A stretch of 64,000 nucleotides of DNA, from positions 29,078,001 through 29,142,000 of the forward strand of contig CM022670.1 in assembly GCA_012295275.1 (NCBI GenBank), written 5' to 3'. This document shows positions 12,589 to 35,775 of this stretch, piece after piece (within the stretch, counting starts at the first letter, position 1; each line of letters begins with the position of its first letter). A program made the position numbers and the translations under genes. The notes beneath the pieces are model-generated. The model was not told the DNA's origin and did not search any database. It was given only the letters and a program-made list of their open reading frames with translations. The DNA comes from Chrysomallon squamiferum (taxonomy: Eukaryota; Animalia; Mollusca).

Positions 12589-13490
12589 ATGCATTTATTA
12601 AAGGTATCTTAAAATTGATGTTATATTGTCTTGATCGTAATCTGAAAAGTTAAATAAAATTATTTCAAAATTTGATATTTGTGTCAGAATACTGGATATA
12701 GTAATACTGAAATGTAATTTCGATGGTTACATATTTTCGGTTGCATGCTCATTTGATGACAGGCTTTCATTATTTACCCCGACTAAAATATATTCTTTAT
12801 TGATTGATAATTAACACATAATCAGGGCATAAAAATTAAATAGTGTTAATGAAAGTTAATTGAGTTGTGACCTATTATTTGTTTAAATTTCACGAAATAA
12901 AATTATTCATAAGAAACCCTTAAAATTAATTATGATACTAATAGTATTATTAATACTTAATAGTTAATACCGCAACATCTTTCCATGTTAACAAAACAAT
13001 ATTAACAATCTTTCGGCTTATATATATATATATTTTTTTCTTATTTTTATATATAGCATTTACTTAGATTACAAATCAATTCTGTACGAAAATTACACAA
13101 ATCTGCAGTTCTGTGTCAGCCAATGGTGCCTATAGTGATAGAACAGTCAGGACGGGGTGAAAGAGCATATGACATTTACTCAAGACTGCTGAAAGAGAGA
13201 ATTATCTGCATTATGGGACCAGTATGAAAATTTAATTAATACACATCTTATTTTTAAACTCTTTATATTCATCAACAGAGATTTGTGTCTTCTCTATCAT
13301 TATAAGGTTTATATACATAGTTGATGGTTTAAATGTACATGAGTTTAGGAACTGCATTCTTTCAAAATTTGGAAGACATGCTGAAGCTGAATTTTTCTTT
13401 GTCTTCATTTTTTAAATTTATTTATGTATGTGATAAAGTATGACTTTTTTTGATTGTGCAGATACAGTAAGTTTGGATTAGCTGCAACAG

Positions 13491-13525
<35 letters not shown>

Positions 13526-15530
13526 CTTATGTTTTAGATAACTGATGATCTTTCCAGTTTGGTTGTTGCACAGTTATTGTTCTTACAATCAGAAAGCAAC
13601 AAAAAAGCTGTCCACATGTACATTAACAGTCCAGGTACAAATACTATACATACATGACCTTGTTAATGGAATACTGTTATATTTGTTATATAAAGTGTTG
13701 TACCTACTCTCTGTACACAATTCTTTCTTCTTTATTACAGGAACAGTTTTCTGTTGTTCTTGTTTTACATAAAAAATAAATAAATGAAAATTAGCCAATA
13801 ATTTTTTTATTATTATTATTATTAAATCACAAAATTCCAGAATAAATAAACATAAATTCCCACAAATAAACATAAACTCCAAATCAGTTGGATGTTGCTA
13901 GTCATTGATTTGTATTATTTTTTTTTAATATGTTGATTTTTTGTTTAATTTTTAATTTTATTTTATTTTTTTTTTTTTTTTTATTTGTTATTTTTTTTTT
14001 TTTTTTATTAATAAAAAAAAAATTAAAAAATGGAAAATGGTAATTAGTGATATTAGAAATTCATTATTGACTTTTACAAATTATAATTTTATTATTATAT
14101 TTTGTATTTTATGATTTAAGCTATTATTACTCATCAGGTTAATGTTTTTCTTACAAAGGTGGTTCTGTAACAGCAGGACTAGGCATATATGACACAATGC
14201 AATACATACAGCCACCTATTGCCACTTGGTGTGTTGGCCAGGCATGCAGCATGGCATCTCTGTTACTGTGTGCAGGAAGAGAAGGGATGAGATACTCATT
14301 ACCCAATTCTAGAGTTATGATACACCAGCCATCAGGTCAGGCAGCGGTAAGTGTTGGGTCTAAGTTTTTATTAAAGTATTGCATGAAATTTCAATTTTGT
14401 GTCTGTTTTCTATTCATAATGAACTTCATTAAACTTGTAATTAAATTACAAGTTTTTATTAAGGTATCGCAGGAAATTTCAATTTTTTGTCTGTTTTCTA
14501 TTCATAATAAAGTAATTCTATTGTAATTTCATTATATTTCAGATTTAATTTGATCTTTTGGCAAAAAGTAAAAAATGTAAACAGTTCAAAACAATTTCTC
14601 CATTTGAAATGTATCTGTTATTGTACATGGTATCAAAGATTTGTCAAAAAAATAATAATAATAATAATTGCAGAAATCTAACAAAAAATATAATACCACT
14701 TTGTGTCTAGAATAGACAATTATTTCAGATTCATTGAAAATTTCTTTAGTAGATTAACAATACAAAGTAAAATGAATGTCAGTGGAAATAATATGAAATG
14801 TCTTTTATTTGGGGTTTTTTCTTTCTTTTTTTCATTTATAGTTCATGATATTATTTAATTTACATAATTTTTTAATTATTTATTTATTTTATTTTTTCTA
14901 ATTTAAACAGGGACAGGCAACAGATATTCAGATCCAGGCAGAAGAAATAATTAAACTAAAGAAACAAATAAATTCTCTGTATGTGAAACACACCAAACAA
15001 CCATTGCAAGTTATAGGTGTGTTATTAATAAATTAGACAAACTGACTGGATTAGACCATCCTTTTAAATGTTATTAATTTATTTATTTTTTAATTTTTAA
15101 TTTTTTTTAATTTTTATATTTGCCAATATTTATATGAATAATTTATAACAACAGTCTGTGGAATGAATGTTATTACTTAATATCATAATTATAAACAATA
15201 CATACATACTTTTAACAAAAAAATTAGGATGTTGCTAAAGCATTTAGTCATTGCTGAAATCTCTCTGCAGTCCTATTTAAAGTTTTTCACCTTACCAAGA
15301 CAACATTATCATCTTATGTTTAGGATTAATAACGTCTTAATCGTATAAATAAATGAAACTACTTGATGTGATGCATTTTGTAACATTTTTGTACCTTTCT
15401 TTTTTCAGAACAAAATATTGAGAGAGATCGCTTTATGACCCCACATGAAGCAAAGGCTTTTGGTTTAATTGACTCAGTTTTAGAACATCCACCAACTATT
15501 GAGGAAGAATTAAGAAACAGCACATCATGA
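12589..15530 (+). CDS. CLPP: ATP-dependent Clp protease proteolytic subunit, mitochondrial; exons 12589-12603, 13057-13221, 13538-13634, 14159-14346, 14911-15016, 15409-15530
   Basis: [53 protein letters not shown]; catalytic Ser ([10 protein letters not shown]), His (MIHQPSG), Asp (ERDRFM); Arg/Leu-rich N-terminal presequence. The 15-nt first exon is less certain. Confidence 0.96.
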
Positions 15531-16474
15531 TGATTTCTTTTGGACTCACATGTTATTTTGTTCTAGTTCTTGTTATAAAAAAAACATCAGACTGGAACAC
15601 ATATTGGATTTGGAAGCAATATTTCTTTTACAGCAAAAGTCAGGTGACTAAGGCAGATATAAAAAAATATCATAAATAGCAAATAAATTTTCATTCCATT
15701 TCCTTTTCTTTTTTCCTTTAAATACAATTCCTGCAGTTATGAAAATTACTTTTGCAAAAACACAGCAAGAAAAAATAAAACCAAAAATAATTCAACATAT
15801 TAAAAATATATCTTATTTCATAGTCTTTCATTATTGAACTAAAATAAAAATATTTTTATCATTCTTGTCTATATTTATTTTATTAGTTATTTTTGGTGCT
15901 ATTTTGTGTGGAATAATATTTAACAAATGTTAAAAAAAAAAAAAAAATTTAAAACTTTAAAAAGAACCATAGTTAGCATCATGATTTTTTTTTTTTTTTT
16001 TAATTTTTAAAAATAAGAAAAAAGTAAAACAAAATGGAGATTTTGAAAATATTTAATGTGTTTGAAAAAAATCAAAAATCAAATGTTTAAGATTGTTGAA
16101 ACCTAATAGATAATGTTATTTTTGTGCATTTTTTCAGTTAAGGTGGAAAAAAATAAAATGTGTACATTGATTTGAATTTGTGAATGGTGATAACAATGGA
16201 ATGCTTACAAATATTTTTTTGAATAAATAAGTATTTAAACAGACTGGTTATTTGTTTGCAAATATATATAAATATTTTTCTTTACCATTTATTTGTTTTA
16301 TTTATTTATTTATTTATTTATATATCTCTTAATTTTTTTAGTATGTGCATGTCTTAACACTGATAATCCCTTGCAAAAACCCAGATATTTTATACTTTAA
16401 TACAACACTAACAACATTTTAATGGCTGATATTTTGGTTTATGTGTATATGCATATATATAAGATATATTTATA

Positions 16475-16705
16475 CAGGTGTTTGAAAACATGGGAATATT
16501 TTCAAGAGTTAAAAAAGCAATGACAGTAGTGCAAGGTGAGATTTATAACAAAACAAAACCAAGTAAATTAAATATCTTTAATCACCCAAATCAGTGTCAA
16601 AAACTATGACAAAAATACATAAAATAATTAATATTTCTGTCAACTAATAAGTAAACATTTGTCACCATGAATATAAAAGCAATCTGTTGAGGTAATCAAA
16701 CTTCT
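16475..16705. repeat. Dispersed repeat, inverted copy of 790-1020; starts with a Tc1-like TA|CAGGTGTTTGAAAA end
   Basis: About 200 bp of gapped inverted homology to 790-1020. Confidence 0.7.
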
Positions 16706-16939
16706 AAAGCTGAAATCATATTTATTGTTATTATTAAAATTAAACAATGTTGTTTGTAAATATGTGTGCACTTATATAAACATTTCAATATCTGTTTATG
16801 CAAAATTGACGATTCCTAAAATATTTTCTAATAAAGTTTTATTTTTATAATATGTAGTATTAAATAGGGTAGCTGCCACATAAATAAACTAATTTCTTAA
16901 TTCCTTGAAGTATTTGACTAATATAGAGAGATATATAAT

Positions 16940-17270
16940 AATACCCTTGCATAGATATGTGTATAATAATATATCAACTGAGATTCATGTATAATAAATG
17001 TATAAGAATATATTAACACTAAGGTGTGTATACTAATATATTAACTCAAATGTGTATAATACATTAACACTGATATGTGTATATTATTAATAATACTATT
17101 ATTTATATCATAATATATCTGTATACAAGTCCTTGCACATAGTAGGGCAAGTGAAATTATTTTTTAATATTTCTTGGAATATGCGACTGGTATGTTGTAC
17201 AGATATGTATGTAATAATATCTTGACTTAGAAATGTGTATAATAATATATTAACACAAAAATCTATATAT
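16940..17270. repeat. Degenerate ~30-35-bp tandem repeat (GATATGTGTATAATAATATATTAACACT-like)
   Basis: Recurrent tgtgtataata..attaacac units. Confidence 0.6.
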
Positions 17271-17848
17271 ATAAAATTTGTAATAATTAATTTTTCAAAT
17301 TCTCACTACATACAAAACATTCCATTATATTTAAACAAAAGAAAGATTCTGAATTCAAGACTGTTTATACTTTTGAATAGAAATAATTAGATTAAAAAAT
17401 AAAACTTTAATTAGGGCCAAAATAATTTCTATCCACTATTATTACTGAAATTTATTTGTAATATATTTCCAAATGTTTAGTATTTAAAAATAATGAGAGA
17501 TGTGCCATAATTATTTCTGAATCTAAACAATTTATTAAACGAAAAGCTGTGCGACTCTAATGGGTTTTCAAGTCTTTGTTTTATGATCTATCCTTCCACT
17601 GAAATACACATCTTTCCATCTTTGCACACCTGCTATCTTGATCTTTACCTGATAGGTTTCTCTTCTTGACTTGCATTATCAGGCATATATAAAGGATAAA
17701 AATATGTTTAGAATTATATTGTTCATCTTAAACCTCCAATGCTTCAGATATAGGACCATCATGTGCTATATAGTCTAAAACAGACTTGTATTTTACTTTT
17801 ATTATTTTAGGTAGATAGATAAATAGACAGATGTATATATATATATCT

Positions 17849-17896
<48 letters not shown>

Positions 17897-18074
17897 AGAT
17901 TGATCTACTAATATAAATCTTTATTCTGAATATAAAGAGAGATGATATACAGTCTAAAAAATATTAAAATACATAATGTTTCCAATACTCGACCCATATA
18001 TATTATGTATTTGGTTAAATATTGAAAAGTATTATTATTTAATATTATAACAAGGGAAGTAGCATTCCTTATTT

Positions 18075-21010
<2,936 letters not shown>

Positions 21011-21054
21011 CTGTAAAAGATAATGAGAAAATAAAAATAAAAATAAAAATAAAA

Positions 21055-21128
21055 AAAGTCAAAGTCAAAGTCAAAGTCAAAGTCAAAGTCAAAGTCAAAG
21101 TCAAAGTCAAAGTCAAAGTCAAAGTCAA
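21055..21128. repeat. (AAAGTC)n hexanucleotide microsatellite, ~12 perfect copies
   Basis: Directly visible. Confidence 0.95.
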
Positions 21129-24100
21129 AATGAAAATGGAAATTAAATAGAATGAAATAAAATGAAACTTAAAATAGAAAAAAATAAAAGAAATAAAGTA
21201 AAAATTAAACAGTAACAAATAAAGATATAATTCCTTTTTATTATTATTATTTTTTTTAAATCCATAGAGAAACTGTTTAAGAACCTTAATATATATAATA
21301 AAATAAATTTTCTACTAAATTTTATGATGTTTCAATGGACTTTAAAAAAAATAATAAATGAATTAGCAAAAAATTATATATATTCTAATTTCTGTAACTT
21401 GAACTGACTGGATGTAAATAAATGTATTTGTTGCTCTATAAATTAGAAATCTTGAGTAGTTCATTGTGATTGTCTTAACTGTTAAATAAAATTTAAAAAA
21501 GTAAATAAAAATAATGAATTAATTAGAAAAATAATTAAAAACGTTAAGAAAGTAAATAAAAAATTAAAGATTTAATAACTATTTAAAATAATAATAAAAT
21601 TAAATGAAATAAAATTCTCACACGCACACACACACAAAGTTATTAAAGTATTTTATTGCAAATGATTCCATATCAATGTTTCCCCTATTAATAACTGAAA
21701 AATGTTATTTAACATTTAATTTATTTCATGATTTAGCATGAATGTCATATTCACTCTCAGTATGTGCAGCAAATTTGCAAAAATAAGGACAATCAGGAAG
21801 AGTAACTCATTTGTATTACTCAAATAGTTTTCAACTTTTTTCTTTACTTTTATGGTATAAAAAAAAAAAAAAATTAGGACGGTGCGAAGTGATCGAAACT
21901 CTTTCCATGAAATAAGTGAAATAAAGACCTTTTCGTATCAGTGAAGGTTAAAACGGAATAAGAATTATGTTATAAAAATTGATAATTTGCAATAAATTTG
22001 TACTGTTCATAAGAAATAACAAATATGGTATAATCACTTCCTGTAAATTCTCAAACAATATTATATAATGTACCAGATCATTAATAATTTTTAATTCTTA
22101 GTATGACAAAATAACTTCGAAACAATTATTTCAAAACACAGAATACTCCCAATGGCAGGAAATAACGGCTCTTAATTCAGTAATCGAAAGTAGTATCATT
22201 AAACTTTAAAAGAACTGTTGTTGCTAATACAATAAAATAGTAATCATATCTAAAACAGATAATTTTACGTTTAGATTTACTGCTTATTTGCAGAGGCTTT
22301 ACTCAGTATTTTCCCAAGTTTTATTATTATTATTATTATTTTACTTTCAAATTTACTTTCAAATTTGCTTTTATTTTCAGTAGACTATTTTGTTTTAATG
22401 TTGCCATCTTCTGACTATAGTTTTTCAAAATTTTGGTTATTCATTCTAATTTTTTTGTTCTGTTTTGAGTATTAATATTTTGGGTATATATATATATAAA
22501 ACATTTGTCTGCAGCTGTCATAGTCACATGTATAAAATATATAATTAAATACACATTTTTTATAATCAGTACATAATATATTCAGCTAATTTGTTTTAGT
22601 TACACTTTATTAATTTGTAACTTTTACAAATAAAATATATGATCACAACAACAAACTTGTCTGCTGATTCCATTTTATTATTTTAACTGATAACGGGCAT
22701 CTTGGGTTATTAAATTTAAAAAAAAGAAAAAGAAATGTTAATTTGAAGCTTAATTTAGAGTATTTTTTTTTTTCTATTGATGACATACTCAAAATAATTA
22801 AAGATAACATGATTTTTGTAAAAGAAAAGGAACACATGATTTCATTTATAATTTTCTTTATTTAAAAAAAGAAAGAAATAACAAATAATATTATACACCT
22901 AGTTACAGTACTATTGCCAGATTAAAGAAACAAAAATAAAACCACACCAAATTCACCTGTAAATAGAAAATAAAAATAAAATCTTTATAAAATTTTCAAA
23001 AACAGAAAACTAAATTCTATTTCTTTTGTTTGTATGAAATAACTGTCTTAAATCTGCTCATAAATTATGAAAATATATGAAAATATAAAAAAGAAAAAGT
23101 ATTTTTATATCTAAGAATAACATTTTGAAAAACAAAGCCATTATGTTTACATAATGTCTAGTTTGTATTTATCACATATTTTCAATGGTAAATAATAAAA
23201 TATTAGCTGGTGCTAAATGCAATGATGTATGTATATTTCAGCAATAATTATCACCAACTTAAGTATACTGAACAATTATTATACCAAATTTTGACATACC
23301 TGTATTTAACATCTGTATTTTGATTTGTGCTGCATTTTATTCATCTAATACTTATTTCTATTACATATGTGAACTAAATTGGCACAGCAGTGAACAGTAA
23401 ACACAACCATTTTGTTTAAGCATATTTATGTAAAATAAAAAATCAGCATGTACAATAATAATAAATACATACATTTTGTTGACCAAGAAAGAAAACCCCT
23501 GTTCATAAACCAACATTAGTTTGTTTATTGTTATCAATATCATTAATGTGCAAGAAATATAATAAACTTCCTATCAAGTAATAACATAGGGGTTTTAATT
23601 TGTATTGAATATATGAAAAGGTTATTCCATGTCACACTCGGATTATAATAAAATACTTGTACCTAACAAAACCAGTTCTTATACAGGTCCAATATCCAGA
23701 ACAGAACAGTTATTGCATAATACATAGCCAGTGTTACTACCTATCCTACAACAAACACAACACTTGATAGCTGGTGCAGCTGAGTGTGACTTGACACATT
23801 TTAATAAAAGTACTTTCCATATTTCAATATAAAGAAAGCTCAAAAGATGTGAACAAAGCATTAGTTATGATTACAGATCACCATGTACATACTACATATA
23901 ATTTTGAAACAGTAATGATATACAAATGTGAAAAAAATGCCTAAAATACTTTCATTCAATACATGCAAGACATAACATTTTTCAATGCAAAATAAATAAA
24001 TATATAGAAATAAAAAAATTAAAAAATTAATTAATGTATTGCTAAAATAGTAATAAATAAAGGTACAATATCTACAGTTAGGAATAAACACTTTTCAGCA

Positions 24101-24677
24101 GTTTGATAGAACTGAGGCAGTTTAAAAAATACAATATATATGGTATAAATGCTTACATATAGCAACAAATACAATATTTTCACAGAGATGACCAAAGTTG
24201 GGGTCATCACTTTATTATTATATACAACTTCTTTAATTCTTCATTTTACTCGGGACTGCTGCTCACAAAGTTTAAATAATTTTATTTAATCAGAGCACCA
24301 TGACAGATAAATGATCAGTTTCACATATGAAAATAACAGCTGCATTTATAAAATGAAGAACAGCCACTGAAGTAATGTAACTAAAGTAATAATATTGTAG
24401 TTAAATAATTGTTCTAAACTGAAAGACAACAGTAAATATGATTCTGACTGCAACTATTATTTAAATATTAACTGCAAAATAACACAAATACCATCAATGC
24501 ATTTTTCACTAAAACTAATAATTGAACACAAATAAAAACAACTGCAGCTGCAACTAATATCGATCTTTCGCAGTGTATTTACAACTGAAACTGATATTAC
24601 TTCTATTTGAAACTAATATTTAAATCCTAGTTGTAAGATTTGTTTAAGATTTTACAGTAAGATTTGTACAATTAAGA

Positions 24678-31460
<6,783 letters not shown>

Positions 31461-32540
31461 AATTTAACAGATCACAAATTTCTGCTCACAACTGTATGAA
31501 AGTTTTAGTCTCTACGTCGGTATTGTCACACCCGATCTTTCAAGTCACCTGTCATTTCTTTTTTATTATTTCTTAAGTGATAGAGTTGTCTTTCCTTGAG
31601 ATTCTGGCCTCGTTCGAGCGACACCGATTTAACGAGAATTGTACAAGAACAGAAAAGATGTGACAACTCATTATTTCTAAAATTGTAAAGCATATATTAT
31701 TTCAAGTTAGAATAAAACCATCTTTGATTAAGAAGTTGTGTAATATATTTTATAATATTCATACTTTAATAAAGTCTGCAAAGAAATAACACAAAGTAGG
31801 ATTTTAAAAACTTGTACCATCAGGATGTTAAATGTTTTTTTCTTTTCTTCCTTTTTTAAATTATTGTAATAAAAAGTAATTTTTTTAATCAATAACTTTT
31901 TTCAAAACTGTTAAGACTGCTATTTTTCTAACTGTTGGTGACAGAAAGCAATGTGTAACAAAAAACTAGCTTATATTAAGTCATGACATATCGTAACATC
32001 AGATGAGGTGGTTTATTTTGCTGAGAGGAAATGTAAGTTCTGTACTGGGAGTGAAAATAAAAAATATCACATATTTTTATGTTAAATATTTTATCCAAAA
32101 CTGTATGTCTGACATTGGTAACAATTAAACAGGTATTTATATACACATTTGTTTTTACTATTCTACCTTTAGCAAATTTGGTGTACGGGTACATTTTAAT
32201 TAAGAATATGCATCTGACAAAAATGGATAAAATAAAAGGTTTTATGCTAATAAAAATTCTCAAAGCATTAAATTTTCGAAATATTATTTTGAAAATAATA
32301 CATCAATTAATATTTTTTTTAATATAATTTATTTCTGCAGTGAAACTTACTGATCTCCAAAATGTATTTCAGTAGCCTATAAATATTAAAAGACCTTAAC
32401 TAAATAACAAAGAAAACAATTTAGATTGATATGGAAATGCAGTTTTTCAAACAAATCTTTCAACGTGTATCTTTCAGAAAATAATGACATCACTTACACA
32501 ACAAGCAAAAAATGTATTTATTAAGAAACAAAATAACATG

Positions 32541-35031
32541 CTACTGAACAGCTAAAGAATTATCATCACTGCTGTTAGTTCTAATTTTCATTAGAGTGTC
32601 TGCATACTGAAGCTGATTACTGTTCTCATATTCACTCATATCCAAAGCAACAAGACAACTCTCCTTTACAACCCGCTCAGAGTCCTTCAAGTACTCTTTA
32701 AGAATATCTGCACATTCTGGTGTGGCTATGGCTCCCAGAGCCTCAGCACATTCATGTCTAACCATGGGGTTCTCAGAGGCATTACACAAGTTTTCCGAGA
32801 GCTGTTTCACACATACGTCACTTTGGATCTGTCCAAGAACATAAGCTACTTCATGTCTGAAAAGGGCACTTTTACATTTTAACCCTGAAACAGAAGTATA
32901 ATTTAAAATATGACAAAAATAATAAATAATGAATAAATAAATAAAATATATTTATAAAAGGCTATTTTGTAAGTCAAGAAAGTATATATTATATGTATCA
33001 AATTTCATATTTGGATCTAAAGGTAAAAACTCTTAAAAATATCTTTATTTTACTTTAAAAATGTTTTTAAAGCAAACAGGATAAAATAAATTATAGCAAA
33101 TGTAACAATACAATAGATTAGCTCAATCTTTTTTTCTTTTTTAAGTCAATTTTATGAAGAAATATAAAGCAAACCAGTCTTATAAATTACAAGAAAGAAA
33201 ACAGTAAACTACAGCTGTTCAGTATACCATGCTATTTAAGAGAAGAGTATTTAATAAAAATTAAAATGAATCACATCAAGAGCTTGGCTTGAACAATAAC
33301 AAACTGATTTCAAATCACATTATAAAAAGTATATAAAATAAACTTCAGGAAACTGGTCTTTTTTATGTTTTGATCATTCAGACTAGCATTCTTATATATT
33401 TTTTATTTTGTTAACATTTAATAAAACAATTTTGACATCAATGTGTAAATATATATTATTTTCATATTAACGCATTAGAAAGTGTAATAATGTCTTATTT
33501 TTTCAGTTAAACATAAATTACATAAAATGATCAATATGGTAAAATCACATTTTCACATTAGTGTATTTAAAAGATGGTCTAATATTTTTCACAGGTACAG
33601 TCCTGATTTTTCAAAAAAATTATTACCGTCAGCTAACGCTTGTACAGACTTAGGAGTACCAAAATTTCTAAGTGAAAACATTGCTCTGTATCTCTCAAAA
33701 AGTGCCAAATTCTCATCCAAGAGGATTTCTTTCAATCTCGACACATCAATATCAGATGATGGTGGGGCAGGGTCAACAGATTGGTATGGGTTTTCTGGTA
33801 AAGAGTTTTCTTTATCAGGATTGTACAGCCATTCTATCCTCCTCAGTGCTAGCTGACATGTTTCTGCAACCTAAAGGAGTAAAAAAATTCTGGCTTAACA
33901 AACATTTTTATCTTAACAGTAATAATGGTTAAACATTTAATGCCACCATGTTCATTTACAGAGGTAGAAAAACAAATATTAATGTTTTTGACACCTTGCT
34001 GTGGGTAGTATCTAGAAGTGTGTTTAAAAGAATCATCAAAATCAAGGGATAATTCATATTAACCTGAAGATTGTTACTGAAATCTGATGACTCCAATAAT
34101 GCATAGAATAGATTATTTCTGTATGCTTAATAACTGATGTTAAAACTTTAAGGAAAAGACAAATGTCACTTACTGTGTGTTTGTGTGTATGTATTTGCAG
34201 GTTTTGCGAAAGTGGAAGGGAAAAGTTCATATATATACTTGACAAAAAAAGACAATAACATGGTATCTTTACTTCAGTTACTGGATCTGATGAAAACTCC
34301 TTCAAGATGTCTAAAACTTCTTTTGATCCAATGGCACCCAAAGCCTCTCCTACAAATCAAAAAGAGGCATTTAGTAATAACATTTTGTTTTTTTGTTTAC
34401 ACATTTGTTATACCATTCCTCATTCCTGTAGACTAAAATAAAATTAATAACATTATTTTTTTTATTTATTATTATTATTATTATTTTAAATAATGATTAT
34501 GATTAATAATTTATTATGTGCTCATTTGAGTTCCAACAAGCTGTTGTTGTGTGTGTGTGTTTTAGGCATTAGGCTAAATAATAGTAATAATAGAAATTTA
34601 ATAATGAAAATCTGTTTTAAAATACTAACACGAATAGTCATTATTTTTAGCGGCTTTACAATTTTATCTTCACAAGAATGTTACGGGTTCCTAGCATTAT
34701 TATGATTATTCATTAAATTGACTAATCAATAAATCATCTACATTTATCTACCTGCTTCATGGCGAACCATTGGTTCCTGTGTTTCATCTTGTAGAACTTG
34801 TACTAATATAGGAATGGCATCCCTGTCTTGCATCTGACCGAGACAATAAGCTAATTCGTGTTTGAGAAGTGCAGACTCGTCATCAAAACATCGTGAAATT
34901 GAGTCGATCGCCCCCCGTCCGCCGAGATTCCTCAGAGTGAATAAAGCTCTGAATCTTTCTATTAACGGTCTTGATTTATCTTCTAATATCTTGCCAACAC
35001 AAAGTACTGATGTTTCACTATCCGACGGCAT
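32541..35031 (-). CDS. DOHH: Deoxyhypusine hydroxylase; 4 coding exons (~35031-34751, ~34349-34273, ~33871-33627, ~32884-32541)
   Basis: [13 protein letters not shown]; four HE iron-binding motifs ([28 protein letters not shown]); [10 protein letters not shown]; [18 protein letters not shown]. Confidence 0.97.
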
Positions 35032-35129
35032 TGTAGCTTCTAAGAAATAATTATAGTAACATTTCTGTGATTTCACACGCGTAAACCTAAACAATCAGGT
35101 TTTTCTATTTAATCATACCAAAAGTAACC

Positions 35130-35175
35130 AGAAGCGGCAAGTGAGCATGCGCCATTTCCGATTAAAGTCGGAATA
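35130..35175. promoter_or_regulatory. Candidate DOHH proximal promoter with NRF1-like GCATGCGC overlapping YY1-like GCCATTT
   Basis: GAGCATGCGCCATTTCCG about 115 bp upstream of the ATG in a CpG-rich patch. Confidence 0.45.
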
Positions 35176-35775
35176 AACCGAACATAACAATACAGCTCGC
35201 CCGTTAAGATATTAAACTTTTTTCGATCATTTTCAGAAAGATGTTTTAATTCCTTTTCCATGTTAGCATATTATATGAAAAGACAATCCAGATTACCAGA
35301 TTACAATTTATTTCTAATATTAAGTACGGATATATAATATTTATTTGCCCGTTTATGTGTGTGTACACGTGTGAAACTAGAAATAAATTTAACCTAGAAT
35401 ATTTATAACAGGTATGCTGCTGGTTTATTCTTGAAACTATCATTACAGTGTATAAGTGATTCTTCGCGGTTATGTAACCAAAATAATGATCTTACACTAA
35501 TTTTTCTTACATAATAATTATTAAAACAATTTTACCTTCCCAAGTATTGCTTTTAGTTAATAATCGTCACCAATTTCTGTATATTAAAATTGTTACTTTT
35601 ATTTTGAAAACTTACCTGTAAACATTCAACACAGTCAGTGTATTGTGCTTTTTAAATCTTTTTATTTATTTATTTTTTAATCAAATAAAGTATATAATGC
35701 AGTTGTCTTTGTCATGCATGTCTCTCTCTCACACATACACTTGTATTCATTTATTACACATTATTATAAATCCAT

